64,000 bases of DNA, taken from contig NW_021833305.1 of the NCBI RefSeq assembly GCF_006345805.1, positions 11,993 to 75,992 on the forward strand, in the 5' to 3' direction. A program made the translations under genes and the position numbers. The notes beneath the pieces are model-generated. The model saw only the letters and a list, made by a program, of their open reading frames with translations. It ran no database searches and was not told the DNA's origin. The DNA comes from Octopus sinensis. Lineage: Eukaryota. Shown piece by piece: positions 13,369-26,864 of this stretch (positions are counted from its first letter, which is position 1; every line of letters starts with the position of its first letter).

Positions 13369-13411
13369 CCACCTGAAGATTGTCGATCAAGACAAGAAAC
13401 AATTGTAGTGG
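13369..13411 (+). ncRNA. Minimal type I hammerhead ribozyme (Penelope pLTR type)
   Basis: CCAC-CUGAAGA-UUGUC-GAUCAA-GACAA-GAA-ACAAUUGU-A-GUGG. Stems I and II are perfect, stem III is palindromic and the triplet is GUA. It lies in a ~260-bp insert between (TA)n runs. Confidence 0.8.
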
Positions 13412-13857
13412 CGGTTTTTTTGACTATTTATTAAAATTTTATGTATTGATTAAGTCTTTCCTTGTTTGTTTTGCAAAATAGTGGTTTTGTCTCTAATAAT
13501 ATTTTATAATATTTTACTATAAAATTGGATTTAATCCTAAATCTGATTTTTTCCCTGTAAATTTGGATTTATTCCCTAATATTTATTATATATATATATA
13601 TACGCATGCATACATGGGTATATATGTATGTAAATGTACATGAATATATGACTTACGTATGTACATGTTCATAGTGAAACTGATTATATAGCACATGTAT
13701 ATAACACATGTGCATGATGTACGCACAGACATTCCAAAACACACACAAACTTATGTGTACATGTGAGGGCAAGAGAATATATTTTGTTTCAGTGTATGTA
13801 TGCATGTATATAATACGTAAATATGTGCACCACACACACATATATACATATATATAT

Positions 13858-13901
<44 letters not shown>

Positions 13902-14756
13902 ATAAGTGAAATAGAAGATGAATAATCTTGTAGTAGATTAATCAAAAGTTTAACCGATATCTTAGTAGCAAAAATCACAGCAGTAAACAGCACGGTTGGA
14001 GGTACAACCATATGGTGTTGCAACCGTGCGTTGGTGCGGATAATTGAAATTAAAACATTATTGGTGAATTGAAGAAATGGAGCTATATATATATATATAT
14101 ATACATACATATATATATTTATATATATATAAGCATGCGATTTATACACTCACAAGTATACATGCATGCACACACACATATATTTACATATGTATATATG
14201 TATTTACGAATTCCATATACGTATATATGCGTGAGTATAGTTGCGTGCATTTGTGCGTGTAATTATGAGCGTATATGCGTACTAAGAGATTTATAACTAA
14301 ACAGAAATTGAAGGAGAGATGGGGAGAGAGAGAGAGATTCCGTCCATTTTTATGTTCTTCCCTATGTTCCGAAAGAAGAGAGCTTCAGTAATTTCTTTTA
14401 GTAAAATACGTAGTTTGTGACTTACCTTCGGTGTTCAATAGACTTTTATGATGCCATCCATGTTTGATGAGTGCCATACAAACGTGTATAATTTCTCTAT
14501 ATTTCACAATGCTTCATTTCCCCCCTCTTTCTCTCTCTCTCTTTATCACACACGCACAGTTGCCCATTCGTGTACACACAGCCGTGCATACACACACGTA
14601 CACGTACGGATATATGCATGCATACATGCAAACACAGAGGTATATGAATGTATGTATTATGTTTTGTGCATAGACCTATATACACACCTATATAATCGTG
14701 TGTATGTTTTGTACATGGGTGTTGTATGTACGCATGTATATATATATCTATTCTAT

Positions 14757-14788
<32 letters not shown>

Positions 14789-14872
14789 TATATATATATA
14801 TATGTATATATATATTGTTATATATATATATATATATATATACATATTATATACATATGTATATATAAATAC

Positions 14873-14907
<35 letters not shown>

Positions 14908-15462
14908 TATATATATACGTATATATATATATACATATATATATATGTATGTATATGTGTATATATATATGTATATATATATATAAGGGACCAAAGTGTA
15001 CGTACGCCGCTACATGTATATACATGTATGTCTTATGCATAGAAATTGAGGACTGGATTGATTTAAATGGAGGAACGAACAGTCATGTTTGAAAGAGGAA
15101 AATAAACTGTGATGAATGCATAGCCGAGATGATAAATTGATTCCAAATCCAGTCGACGGAAGTTCGTATTTTATGAGGTTTTCCTGGTGAGTTATTGTGA
15201 GTGTTATTTTTTTTTTATTTCTGCAGAATCAGTGAATACAAACTAAAGTAACACGTTACACCTGATTAGTAACATCAGAAATATACTAACAGGGATAATA
15301 ATATCAGAAAGTTACGGCATGCAAAAAATTTAACAAGCGTGGCTGTAAGGTTAAAAGTTTGCTTCTCAACCACATGTCGTCTACTACAGCGTCAGGCAGA
15401 CCAAAGCCTTGTGAGTAGATTTGGTAGACAGAAACTGAATGAATCCCGTCGAATGTATATAT

Positions 15463-15509
<47 letters not shown>

Positions 15510-15524
15510 ATATATATATATAAA

Positions 15525-15811
15525 TAAATGAAAGAATGGAGTTGAACGACGATTTAACAAAATTCCTTTATTCTCGACATATGTTTCGAAGACTGCATAT
15601 TCCTAATTTTGAAGGATAAGGGGTACATTATGCCGCCTTCTCATCAGGAAAGACAAGGAACTTATGTCAGCATCATGATGAACAAAGACTTTTAGATGTC
15701 TGCCCACACGGAGTCCATAGCATGTAGTTGCAACCGTATTTTTCTGACGTGAATTTGCAACCCGGGTATCGGTTAACCGAATTATCCATACTAGGATAAT
15801 TCATTCAACTA

Positions 15812-15815
<4 letters not shown>
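15525..15815 (-). mobile_element. Hammerhead-bearing short interspersed element, copy 2
   Basis: Homologous to 10883-11235 and 45805-46112; (TA)n on both sides. Confidence 0.85.
15563..15660 (-). ncRNA. Type I hammerhead ribozyme motif (canonical GUC site)
   Basis: UUCCUUGUCUUUC-CUGAUGA-GAAGGC[...]GUCUUC-GAA-ACAUAUGU-C|GAGAAUAAAGGAA; predicted cleavage between 15576 and 15575. Confidence 0.85.
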
Positions 15816-15850
<35 letters not shown>

Positions 15851-16692
15851 TATATATATGCACACAGTGACCTCGAACCCACAAGAGTAAACAAGAGAGA
15901 CAGAGAAAGGCAGAAACAAGGAAAATGCCACTTATATTTGAACAATACAAATATTCGTTTAAAAAAAATTTTATTTTAATTTTTCTAAATTTAATTATTT
16001 AATTGTTACAGTTGAAAAGGTCTCAATGACTGAAACCGGTACTGAAATGATGTTCTTTATAAAATTATTTTAGCATTTTCTATCCTGACTTGTTTTTTCA
16101 TATATATATATTTATATACCCACTCTTTTCTCCGTTTAACTACTTTAGTATATATGTATATATATATATATATATATCTCATACTCATGTACGCACATAT
16201 CCAAAGCTAGACATACGCACACACGAGTGTGTTTGATCATTTGTAACTGATGGATGAGTCGACAATCCAACGTGCGATAGATAATGCACTCTCTCCACGC
16301 TCTCTTACATGACACCTTCCTAAAAACTGCCCTAACCTTAAAGTAGCCGCGATCACAGACTTTTAGCGTATTTACCTGCCGATCATAAATTGTAGAAATC
16401 ACGGCCTTCATGGCCCCGGTTGGGTGTTATCTAACTTATTATTTAACCAGAAAATTTGGAGAGAGTGGGCAATTTGATCTCATGGACCCTAGCACTTGAC
16501 TTCATTTTGTCAAAACCGAACGGCAAAGAAGGCAAAGTTAGACCCGGTGAGTTACCTGACGAAATGTCGATAAGCATTTTTCTCTGATGTGCTAGTGTTT
16601 CAAACAGCTCACTACCTTAATTATAAACCAATAACGATTTCCAATTGTGGCACAACGCTGACGATTTTAGCGAGCGCAGAGTGGCTGTGGGT

Positions 16693-17113
16693 AGGCGCAG
16701 GAGTGGCTCTGTGGTAAGTAGCTTGCTAACCAACCACATGGTTCCGGGTTCAGTCCCATTGCGTGGCATCTTGGGCAAGTGTCTTCTGCTGTAGCCCCGG
16801 GCCGACCAATGTCTTGTGAGTGGATTTGGTAGACAGAAACTGAAAGAAGCCTGTCGTATATATGTATATATATACATAAGTGTGTGTGTATGTGTTTGTG
16901 TGTCTGTGTTTGTCGCCCTAGCGTTGCTTGACAACCGATGCTGGTGTGTTTACGTCCCCGTCACTTAGCGGTTCGGCAAAAAGAGACCGAAAGAATAAGT
17001 ACTGGGCTTACAAAGAATAAGTCCCGGGGTCGATTTGCTCGACTAAAGGCGGTGCTCCAGCATGGCCACAGTCAAATGACTGAAACAAGTAAAAGAGTAA
17101 AAGAGTAAAAGAG
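16693..17113 (+). mobile_element. tRNA-derived SINE, family B (internal (TA)n(TG)n)
   Basis: Head GGCGCAGGAGTGGCTCTGTGG and B-box GGTTCAGTCCC, internal microsatellite, tail GACTGAAACAAGT(AAAAGAGT)n. Confidence 0.92.
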
Positions 17114-17745
17114 AGAGAAGCAACTTCATGAGAGGAAAAATATGATATTGGGCTAAACTAAGAAAATGAAGACACGCATCGGGCCCCAAAATTCTTAATC
17201 CCCACGCCCTATAGATTCTATCTGTGCAAGTTTGAATATCGTAGCTTATTAGGATGTAGCAATTGCAAAGAGTGAAACAGTCGCCATTTTGCCTTCCGTC
17301 TCATTCCATGCATCGACCATCAGAAGATACAATACGACAAGTTGTAACTAAAATATATTCGGACATATTCCACATCCAACACAAATCTCTAGTTCATATT
17401 TTATTATGCTCAATAATTCCTGAGTTTGGCGTATTTACAATTTCCTTACTTATAACTAAATAAATATATTTTTAATACCATATTGACTCTTTGCCACTGT
17501 GATATAACTTGATTGATTAGACGATTGAGATTTTGATTAGCTTCGAACATTAAAAGCTTTTCGTAGAAACGTTAGTAAAGCTAGTTTTATTAGCTATATT
17601 ACGTGTGATTGCTATTTACGTGATCACTAGAATACTAGAAACTGCATTACCATGTTTGATATTTGATAAACTATATAGTTACATCGATGTGTCGCCATGA
17701 ACAAACCTCTAAGCGCTAGCTCCAACAAATATATGTATGTATGTG

Positions 17746-17785
<40 letters not shown>

Positions 17786-18059
17786 GGATAGAGAGAGAGA
17801 GTGAGAGAGAAAGAGAAAAAGTGGTAAAAGGAAGAAAAAAGGAAAGAAAGGAAAAAAGAGGGATATAAAGAAAGCAAAGAGATATACATTGCTGGCCAAA
17901 CCACACTTGTTTATTATTATTATGTTTATTTATTTTTTGCAGAGATCACCATCCTTTAACTCATTCCTATACAATGGTAACGGGAAAAAATGAATTGATA
18001 AATAAACGTATGGTGAGTAGGAATGTGATACACCTCTCTCTCTATTACTCTCCGCCCAT

Positions 18060-18102
18060 TTGTCTATCTGTTGACTATCTCTCTACCCATTTATCAATCT
18101 AC

Positions 18103-18168
<66 letters not shown>

Positions 18169-18173
18169 GCCTG

Positions 18174-18207
<34 letters not shown>

Positions 18208-18420
18208 AATATATCTATCTATCGATCTATTTATCTATCTATCTATCAATCTATCTATCTATCGATCTATTTATCTATCTATCTATTTATCCATCTACCC
18301 ATCTATCAATCAATCTATCTATCTATCTATCTACCCATCTATCAATCTATTTATATATCTATCTATCTATCTATCCATCTACCCATCTATCAATGTATCT
18401 ATCTATCTATCCATCTACCC

Positions 18421-18459
<39 letters not shown>

Positions 18460-18513
18460 CATCTACCCATCTATCAATCTATCTATCTATCATCTACCCA
18501 TCTATCAATCTAA

Positions 18514-18593
<80 letters not shown>

Positions 18594-18680
18594 ATATCTA
18601 TCTATCTACCCATCTATCAATCAATCTATCTACCTATCAATCTATTTATCTACCTACCTATATTTCTATCTATCCGTCTC
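18060..18680. repeat. (TATC)n tetranucleotide array with variant units
   Basis: Directly visible. Confidence 0.95.
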
Positions 18681-19314
18681 CATTGTCTTGGAAGCTCACC
18701 CCAAAAAACAAAATCCATGTTGTCTTGTAAACAAACCCACCAAAAAATATGTTTTATAAAAATGAACAAGCTGTTTCTACATTCACAAAATTTTATTTGA
18801 GAAGGTCTAGAGAGGAACGAAAGCGCTATTAATAATGAAGAAATAAAAGGATTTAAATACTAGATACACCCCATGAATAAACGAATAAAACGAACTTGTA
18901 CCACGGGTATACAGATGCCACTTCTATCCATTTTTGTTCTGAGTCGAAATCGAACCAGGTCGCTTTATTTTACTCTCTTCAGAAAATATCTGTTAAATTC
19001 TAATAGCAATACAAATTTGTACCAGTGATGAACTGATGTTAATTGAATCTAATGAAATCCACCATTAAAACTCTCTGGTATCCTGCCATTATGAGAAATC
19101 ATCATATTACCCGATTGTTTAAAAAAATTCCATTGAAGAAGAATTCCTCAAATATTTGCCAACGTTAGTTTATTGTGAAATTTCAAAAGTTCTTAATTAA
19201 ATTTCACACTCCACCACCTGCACACTGACCCTTAAACTATCACAATAATATTTGAGATTTCGAAACTGCACAGCCGCCGCCTCCACCGTCGCTTCGAAAA
19301 TCAAGTGTTAATAA

Positions 19315-19477
19315 AACTACAACTGCTGCCACCGCCACCACCACTACCGCCGCCGCCGACGCCGCCAAACTGAGATAATGCTTTCAATAACACGACCTAT
19401 ACTACTACTACTACCAAAACCACCACCACCACCACCACCACTACTACTACTCCTAATACTACTACTACTACTACTAT

Positions 19478-19523
<46 letters not shown>

Positions 19524-19760
19524 GCTACTACCAAAACCACCACCACCGCTACTACTACTAACGCTAACATTCGCACCGCTGTCGCCATCCTATTACCAGC
19601 ATTTGTAGCAGCACCACTACAACCACATGGTGGTGGTGGTGGTGATGGAGATGGTAATGACAGAGGTGGTAGTGGTGGTGGTGGTGGAGGAGGCGACGGT
19701 GGTGGTGGTGTTCATAGTGAAGGTGCTGTTGGTGGTGACGGCGCTGGTGCTGGTGGAGAT
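19315..19760. repeat. (CTA)n/(CCA)n/(GGT)n microsatellite cluster
   Basis: Directly visible. Confidence 0.9.
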
Positions 19761-19891
19761 GACTGTAGCACATGCACTATGTTCTAAAACAATAAATCCT
19801 GAGGTCGATTCGTTCGACTAAAGTCCTTCAAGGCAGTGCCCCAGTATGGCCTCACCCAAGTAACTGAAAGATATAAAAGAAAAAAGAAATG

Positions 19892-20288
19892 TTTATATAT
19901 AAAAGAGAAGTTTTGTGTCTGTCTCCTACGATTTAGATTCCTAACTACTCCCACATTTTGCGGTGCAGTTTAACCAAAACCGGGTATCTTATAGTCGTGA
20001 TTCATATCGAGCCCTTCTGGTTATGAGCGCGCGTCTACGATGAGTCTACGATTAAAAAAAAAAATTACCATAATTTTTTTTCATTTTCATGCGTTTTTTT
20101 CGCTATTATATAAGGGAAGTAACTCTCTAAAAATGTCTACGATGAATCAACGATTTAAAAAAAAAATTACTATAATTTTTTTTCCATTTTTAGTGCATTT
20201 TTTTGCTATTTTTTGGCTATAACTCTCTAAAAATGCTTATATAGTTATTTCCCTTACAAACCCGAGCAACGCCGGGCGATACTGCTAG
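19892..20288 (+). mobile_element. Non-autonomous Helitron-like element
   Basis: 3' end has the GC hairpin CCCGAGCAACGCCGGG followed by CTAG|T. 5' end begins TATATATAAAAGAGAAG. An internal ~95-bp duplication (GTCTACGATG...AACTCTCTAAAAATG) occurs twice. Confidence 0.75.
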
Positions 20289-20332
20289 TAATTAATATTT
20301 TAACCACGACTCGTCGCCAATCTCTCTTAAAG

Positions 20333-20515
20333 GCTATCAACACGCGTTCACGACTCCGTATCTGATTATACTCGCGCCATATCGCCACCGGACCATATCG
20401 ATTCCAGTAACCAATCATCCACGCGAATGCTACACTGCCCCCCACCTCGACACACGAAATCAGACTCACACCGAGTCATTGTCGACTGTTCATTGAGGCA
20501 TGTCAACACAGCAAG
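20333..20515 (+). CDS. Candidate internal exon (phase 2-2), product unknown
   Basis: CpG-rich 183 nt bounded by TCTCTCTTAAAG| and AG|GTAATG; open frame LSTRVHDSVSDYTRAISPPDHIDSSNQSSTRMLHCPPPRHTKSDSHRVIVDCSLRHVNTA. No homology recognised. Confidence 0.3.
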
Positions 20516-20667
20516 GTAATGTCTTCCCTACATGAGATAATTAATTTTAATTCTCTAGCGCTAAAGGCAGCTCCAGCATCATTGATCTTGCCTTTAAAAA
20601 TAGACGTATTTATCCCCGACATAAACACACGAACACCACATATTTAACGCAATAATCATAAACCACA

Positions 20668-21150
20668 AGGCGGCGAGCTGGCAGAATCGTTAGCACGCTG
20701 GGCGAAATGCGTAGCCGTAATTCGTCTGCCGTTACGTTCTGAGTTCAAATTCCGCCGAGGTAGACTTTGCCTTTCATCATTTCGGGGTCGATAAATTAAG
20801 TACCTGTTACACACTTCGGTCGATATAATCGACTTAATCTGTTTGTCTGTCCTTGTTTGTCCTCTCTGTGTTTAACCACTTGTGGGTAGTAAAGATTAGT
20901 ATTTCGTCTGCCACTACGTTCCGAGTTCAAATTCCGCCGAGGTCGATCTTGCCTTTCATCCTTTCGGGGTCGATTAAATAAGTACCAGTTACACACTGGT
21001 GTCGATATAATCGACTTAATCCGTTCGTCTTTCCTTGTTTTCCCCCTCTGTCTTTAGCCCCTTGTAGGTAGCAAAGAAATAGGCATTTCGACTATCTTTA
21101 CGTTCTGAGTTCAAATTCCGCCGAGGTCGACTTTGCCTTTCATCCATTCG
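20668..21150 (+). mobile_element. SINE family A head-to-tail trimer
   Basis: One head and three bodies, joined tail-to-TATTTCG at ~20899 and ~21083. Confidence 0.9.
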
Positions 21151-22339
21151 CTAGCGGCAGAACACACTGATCATTTTTAACAATTCCTAAAATGGTTTTC
21201 CTCTTAACCCGGACTTCTCCGAACCGTGACTTCTATGAAAACACCCAAAAGCGAAGATGAATGTCTTGTGAAAAACCTATCAAATCTATCGTCCAAGGGA
21301 AGTCAAAATGCATCCCACTGCTTTCTTCACAATTTCCACCGACCAAATTTTAAGGTCGAAAAGTAATTTACAAAGCATGTCGCGGTGGGATCTGAACCCA
21401 GAAACTTGTAGTTCAAACTAAAAGCTCCTGATTCATACAGGCATTCTTCGGAAGTAATTCAAAGAAGAAAAAAAAATACACAGAAAATATTGAAACTGCA
21501 ATATTTCTTAACATTAATATCAAATTGTGAAGATGAAAGATTTTAAAATATTGATATGTTCACAACGTTTCTTCATATTTGATTTTCCATCGTTATCAGA
21601 TAAATTTTTCTTAGATAAAGTAAATTATGAGTAGAGAAACAAATTCCGTATGCAAACATTAAAAAGAAAATGATAAAGTTCTTTCTTTATTAAGAGAGAT
21701 TTTATTCTTTGTTCCATACTGTAAGAAGAACACGAACAGCAATTTCGAGCAAGCCCCCTTGAAATATGATCATTTCAAGCTACAAAAAGTTAAGCACACA
21801 AATTTAGATTAAGGAGTAACAGTTGATTCGTTCCCCATCAAATTGCTAACGTTGTGTCTAAATCAAAAACCTTCAGAAGCTACAGTTATTTATTTCAAGA
21901 GATAAGCTCTACAGAGTCCTCAGATTGTTGGTGAACATTATTTGTATTTATTCTGCCGGTTCTTTACACTCTGATTTAAAAGCCTAACGCAGTTGACTTG
22001 GCCTTTCTTTCCCCCAGAGGAAATACAACGAAGTTCCGGTCTAGTACGCATCCTCTCAAAACTGTTAGCCTTTTAACTAAAGTAGAACACTTTATTTGTT
22101 TATTTCTCTTTGGAGACAGATAAAACTATTCACCTACTTCCTTCCTATAGACATCACCACGTATCTACGATCACCCATTGCCTGTTTCAACAATTACCTT
22201 AAACGAATCTCATTGTTATTTATGAGCTAAGCTTTGAGAAAATAGGTTTATATTCCAATACTTGGATATGCGCATTAAACCGGACGGGATTGAAATGAAG
22301 AAAATATATTTCTGAATTAAGTGTAGTGATATTTTAATA

Positions 22340-22870
22340 TACATCAAATTTAAGTCACCAAGCTGGCAAAATCCTTAGTACGCCATTTAAAACGCTTAAC
22401 GATCTGAGTTCAAATTCTGCCGACGTCAAATGTGTCTCTCATCTTTTCGGACTTTGTCTCTTATCATTTGAGCATGGGGGACGATGTAATCGATTTATAT
22501 CCTACCGCAAACGAATGTACACTTGACTACACCGAGTCATGATATCTACAGGTCTCACGCCATTCACAAAGTAATGTCGAAGAACAGTAAAACCTTAATT
22601 TATCGACCCCGAAAGGATGAAAGACTTTGCGTTTCATCCTTTCGGAGTCGATAAATTAAATACCAGTTACGCATTGGGTGTAATCGACTTAATCCGTTTA
22701 TCTGTCCTTGTTTGTACCCTCTGTGTTTAGCTCCTTGTGTGTAGTAAACAAATAGCTATTTAGTTTAGCAATCCTGAAAACTTGAAAGGCATAACCGATC
22801 CTGCCGGAATTTTAACTCAGAACGTAAGGACGAAATACTGCTAAGCATTTCACCCGATGTGTGAGCAATT
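22340..22870. mobile_element. Cluster of SINE family A fragments in both orientations
   Basis: Plus-strand head at ~22355, inverted junction at ~22620, minus-strand head at ~22800-22870. Confidence 0.75.
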
Positions 22871-23670
22871 CGTTCATCTCACAGTCCTATTTATATTTAT
22901 ATACTTTGTATATATTACATATATCGTAGTACAAACGAGAGCAATATATTTCAAAAGAGGCATATATATCAATAATTGTCAATCAGTAGAAGCTACGATG
23001 TTACTGAGAGATCGATAGTTTGTCAATGAGTCTTATCAATATTTACTAGGTGCCCTGAACGGAACACTCGGCCGCGCATTATTTTTTAACCATTAGCCAA
23101 TCAAAACTAACACACACACACACACATACACATACACATACACTTAATCACGTACACACACATACATATGCAATAAATTCATACCCCTCACACACTCACA
23201 CACACAAATACACACACAAACACACACATATATACACATATGTTCTGTTTTCGTCTAACAAATTCTACCAGCCATTGGTCAACCTGCTCTCCAACTTATT
23301 ATCTTCTCCATTATTACAATCTTCATCATACTACGACCATTACCATCGCATCAATTTTGGCATCATATTCCTATCCTTTGTATTCTTCCCTTTATTCTCT
23401 TTAATTTTCTTGTCAATATTACAACTATTGTTTGTTGTTGATGCTGCCGCTGTAGTTTTGGCAATTATACTATCCCCTTTTTCTTTCCATTTTTCGATGC
23501 AACCGCGCATTCTCTTTCAATATGATTGTTGGTGATACCATGTGATTCTCCAAGATGTTTGATGCATTCAATCGTTCCACGAAGTCTTTTCAGAGACGAT
23601 TATTTGGCCGTTTCGTTTTTATTTATTTTTGTTCGTTAGTTTTCAAACATTACTTGTTTAGCAGTATTGT

Positions 23671-23733
<63 letters not shown>

Positions 23734-23759
23734 TTCATTTATTCATTTGTTTATTTATT

Positions 23760-25362
23760 TGTGGACAAGATGGTGGTATTAACAACTGCAATTTCATTCA
23801 TTGTTGCGCTGCATTCAATTACAATATGAAAACATCATCAGAAAATTAAAAATTCCAAACTTTGTTGAAGGTTATACCATAGAAGTATTGTGCTTCTTAG
23901 AGAGTGGGAGAGACAAAAAACTTGCTTCAGAAATCAGATTGAAATAAATGTCAATACAAATTAGGATTTGCTCTGGCAGCAGAGAAGAAACGGCTGATTG
24001 GCTAATATACATAACTGCTGGTTTATAGCAAATAAAAACCAGAATCCGAGCAAATGAAGATACTATATATTTTCAGGGCTACTATAAACATTTTAATGTT
24101 ATTAATTCTGTCAAGAAATCATAGTTCAAGACTTCGATTTCACTGAAAGAAACTTACCAGAGCCTCCGCGTCTGTCTTTGGGCTACTCTGTATATTTATA
24201 GCTACTCTGTATATTTATAGCAAATAAAAACCAGAATCCGAGCAAATGAAGATACTATATATTTTCAGGGCTACTATAAACATTTTAAAGTTATTAATTC
24301 TATCAAGAAATCATAGTTCAAGACTTCGATTTCATTGAAGAAAACTTACCAGAGCCTCCGCGTCTGTCTTTGGGCTATTCTGTATATTTATAGCTACTCT
24401 GTATATTTATAGCAAATAAAAACCAGAATCCGAGCAAATGAAGATACTATATATTTTCAGGGCTACTATAAACATTTCAAATTATTAATTTTGTCAAGAA
24501 ATCATAGTTCAGACTTCGATTTCACTGAAAGAAACTTACAGAGCCTCCGCGTCTGTCTTTGGGCTACTCTGTATATTTATAGCTACTCTGTATATTTATA
24601 GCAAATAAAAACCAGAATCCGAGCAAATGAAGATACTATATATTTTCAGGGCTACTATAAACATTTTAAAGTTATTAATTCTATCAAGAAATCATAGTTC
24701 AAGACTTCGATTTCATTGAAGAAAACTTACCAGAGCCTCCGCGTCTGTCTTTGGGCTATTCTGTATATTTATAGCTACTCTGTATATTTATAGCAAATAA
24801 AAACCAGGATCCGAGCAAATGAAGATACTATATATTTTCAGGGCTACTATAAACATTTCAAATTTATTAATTTTGTCAAGAAATCATAGTTCAAGACTTC
24901 GATTTCACTGAAGAAAACTTACCAGAGCCTCCGCGTCTGTCTTTGGGCTACTCTGTATATTTCATATTTTCTTCAACACAAAATATCTTCGTTGTAAGTA
25001 ACTCTATGCGTAGTTTCACAGCCACAGATCCTGAGAGAATGCAAGTGTTTCGGCACTTAACTCTTTACCCTCTGGATAATCCTCAAAGGGTTATTCATAC
25101 TGAATGTTTAAGGTTATGTTAGAGTCAAGTTATTTGGGCTGTTGTAAGTAGTTTAGTCTTGAACTCTGTTTAGATGTAGAGTAAAATATACCTTTTGAAT
25201 TTCAGATTTTCCTCCTTATCTTGATGTAGTTGAAAATTTCACAGGGCCTTTTCTCAATACTTTAAGAGCCCTGGTAAGAGCCTTTTCGGGAGACCCAAGC
25301 AAATTATCCCGCAGAGACATTCGCTATAAACACTATGGCAACGTCATTGCTTTGGAAGGCTA
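23760..25362 (+). pseudogene. Decayed coding-like tract containing the tandem array; product unassigned
   Basis: Pieces: QYENIIRKLKIPNFVEGYTIEVLCFLESGRDKKL; 82 open codons QEIIVQDFDFTEENLPEPPRLSLGYSVYF...DPERMQVFRHLTLYPLDNPQRVIHTECLRL (24875-25120); and DFPPYLDVVENFTGPFLNTLRALVRAFSGDPSKLSRRDIRYKHYG (25200-25362). Separated by stops and frameshifts. Confidence 0.45.
24021..24962. repeat. Tandem array, 5 x ~192 bp with alternating unit variants
   Basis: GCAAATAAAAACC starts at 24028, 24220, 24412, 24601 and 24793; units 2 and 4 share diagnostic variants. Confidence 0.95.
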
Positions 25363-25404
25363 ATTAATATATTTTTGTTCCATAGGCTTCTATCTGTTAA
25401 CATT

Positions 25405-25862
25405 GGTTTCAAATTTTGGCTCAGGGCTAAGCAGTTTTGTACAAAGAAGGAAATCGATTTAATTGACCCACGTGCTCAACTGATACTTGTTTCATCGACC
25501 CTGAATGAATGAAAGGCACGTTTGACCTCGGGGCCGTTTGTACTCAGAACGTAAAGACGAACGAAATACCTATTTCTATTTCTTTATTACCCACAAGGGG
25601 CTAAACACAGAGGGGACAAACAAGGACAGACATAGGTATTAAGTCGATTACATAGACCCCAGTGCATAACTGGTACTTAATTTATCGACCCCGAAAGGAT
25701 GAAAGGCAAAGTCGACCTCGGCGGAATTTGAACTCACAACGTAACGCAGACGAAATACCGCTAAGCATTTCGCCCGGCGTGCTAACGTTTCTGCCAGCTC
25801 GACGAACGAAATACCGTTAAGCAATTTGCCCGGCATAATAACGATTCTGGATGCTGCCCGCC
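25405..25862 (-). mobile_element. Young SINE A (25571-25800) nested in an older SINE A
   Basis: 15-bp TSD GACGAACGAAATACC at 25556-25570 and 25801-25815. Confidence 0.9.
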
Positions 25863-26291
25863 TCAATCTATATGGCTAGGTGAAGCCAACCCTAAGAGCA
25901 ATGTTATGTACGTTTACAATACGTAATATAATGGAAATATATATTCTATGGTATGAAAATAGGTGTGGAGTAGAACTAGAGCAAAATATTTCATTGAAGT
26001 CTAAATAGACAAAACAGAACTTGCCTATCTTAATGGTGATTATTATTTTCTTTTTTAGATGCCACAGCGTTAATTAGTAGATGAAAGCCAAATTTAATGA
26101 CGATTCTCCTTTTCCAAAACCTTTGAAATTATACTCGAAAACAGGGATAATTATCCTCTGACGGAAAGCTAGTCAAAATACTTTAAACAGAATGGATATT
26201 GGCAAAATGCCTGAGGCCCTGGTTATTATGTTTGACTAGAGATCAATCATATCTCTCGCCCGAAAACAAGCGATAGGTGTACATGTTCAAA

Positions 26292-26299
<8 letters not shown>

Positions 26300-26340
<41 letters not shown>

Positions 26341-26430
26341 GCTCGCTTTTTTTAACATGTACGCTTATAATATATTTAAAGATAGACAGACTGACAGAGA
26401 CAGGCAGGCATATAGATAGGTAATATATAT

Positions 26431-26498
<68 letters not shown>

Positions 26499-26672
26499 AT
26501 GTGTGTATGTGTGTGTGTGTGCGTGTGTGTGTATCTAGCTATCTATCTATACATACATATATATATATATATATAGATAGATAGATGCATACATACATAC
26601 ATACATACCTAGACATATAGATAGATATATAGACAGACAGATAGACAGATAAATAGACAGATGGGCGAATAC

Positions 26673-26757
<85 letters not shown>

Positions 26758-26770
26758 CAGATAGATAGAC
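26300..26770. repeat. (TA)n, (TG)n and (GATA)n microsatellites
   Basis: Directly visible. Confidence 0.95.
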
Positions 26771-26828
26771 AGGTTTTCAACCACCAAGCAATTGAACAGT
26801 GAACCTAGTGTCGTTCATGGGGTGATCA

Positions 26829-26864
<36 letters not shown>

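Noticed and set aside
15186-15250. Strong donor and acceptor pair with a 21-nt micro-exon
   Set aside because: The implied intron of ~42 nt is implausibly short, and no frame support exists.
24021-24962. CRISPR array or coding repeat
   Set aside because: Units are near-identical along their full length with no unique spacers, all frames contain stops, and the context is eukaryotic.
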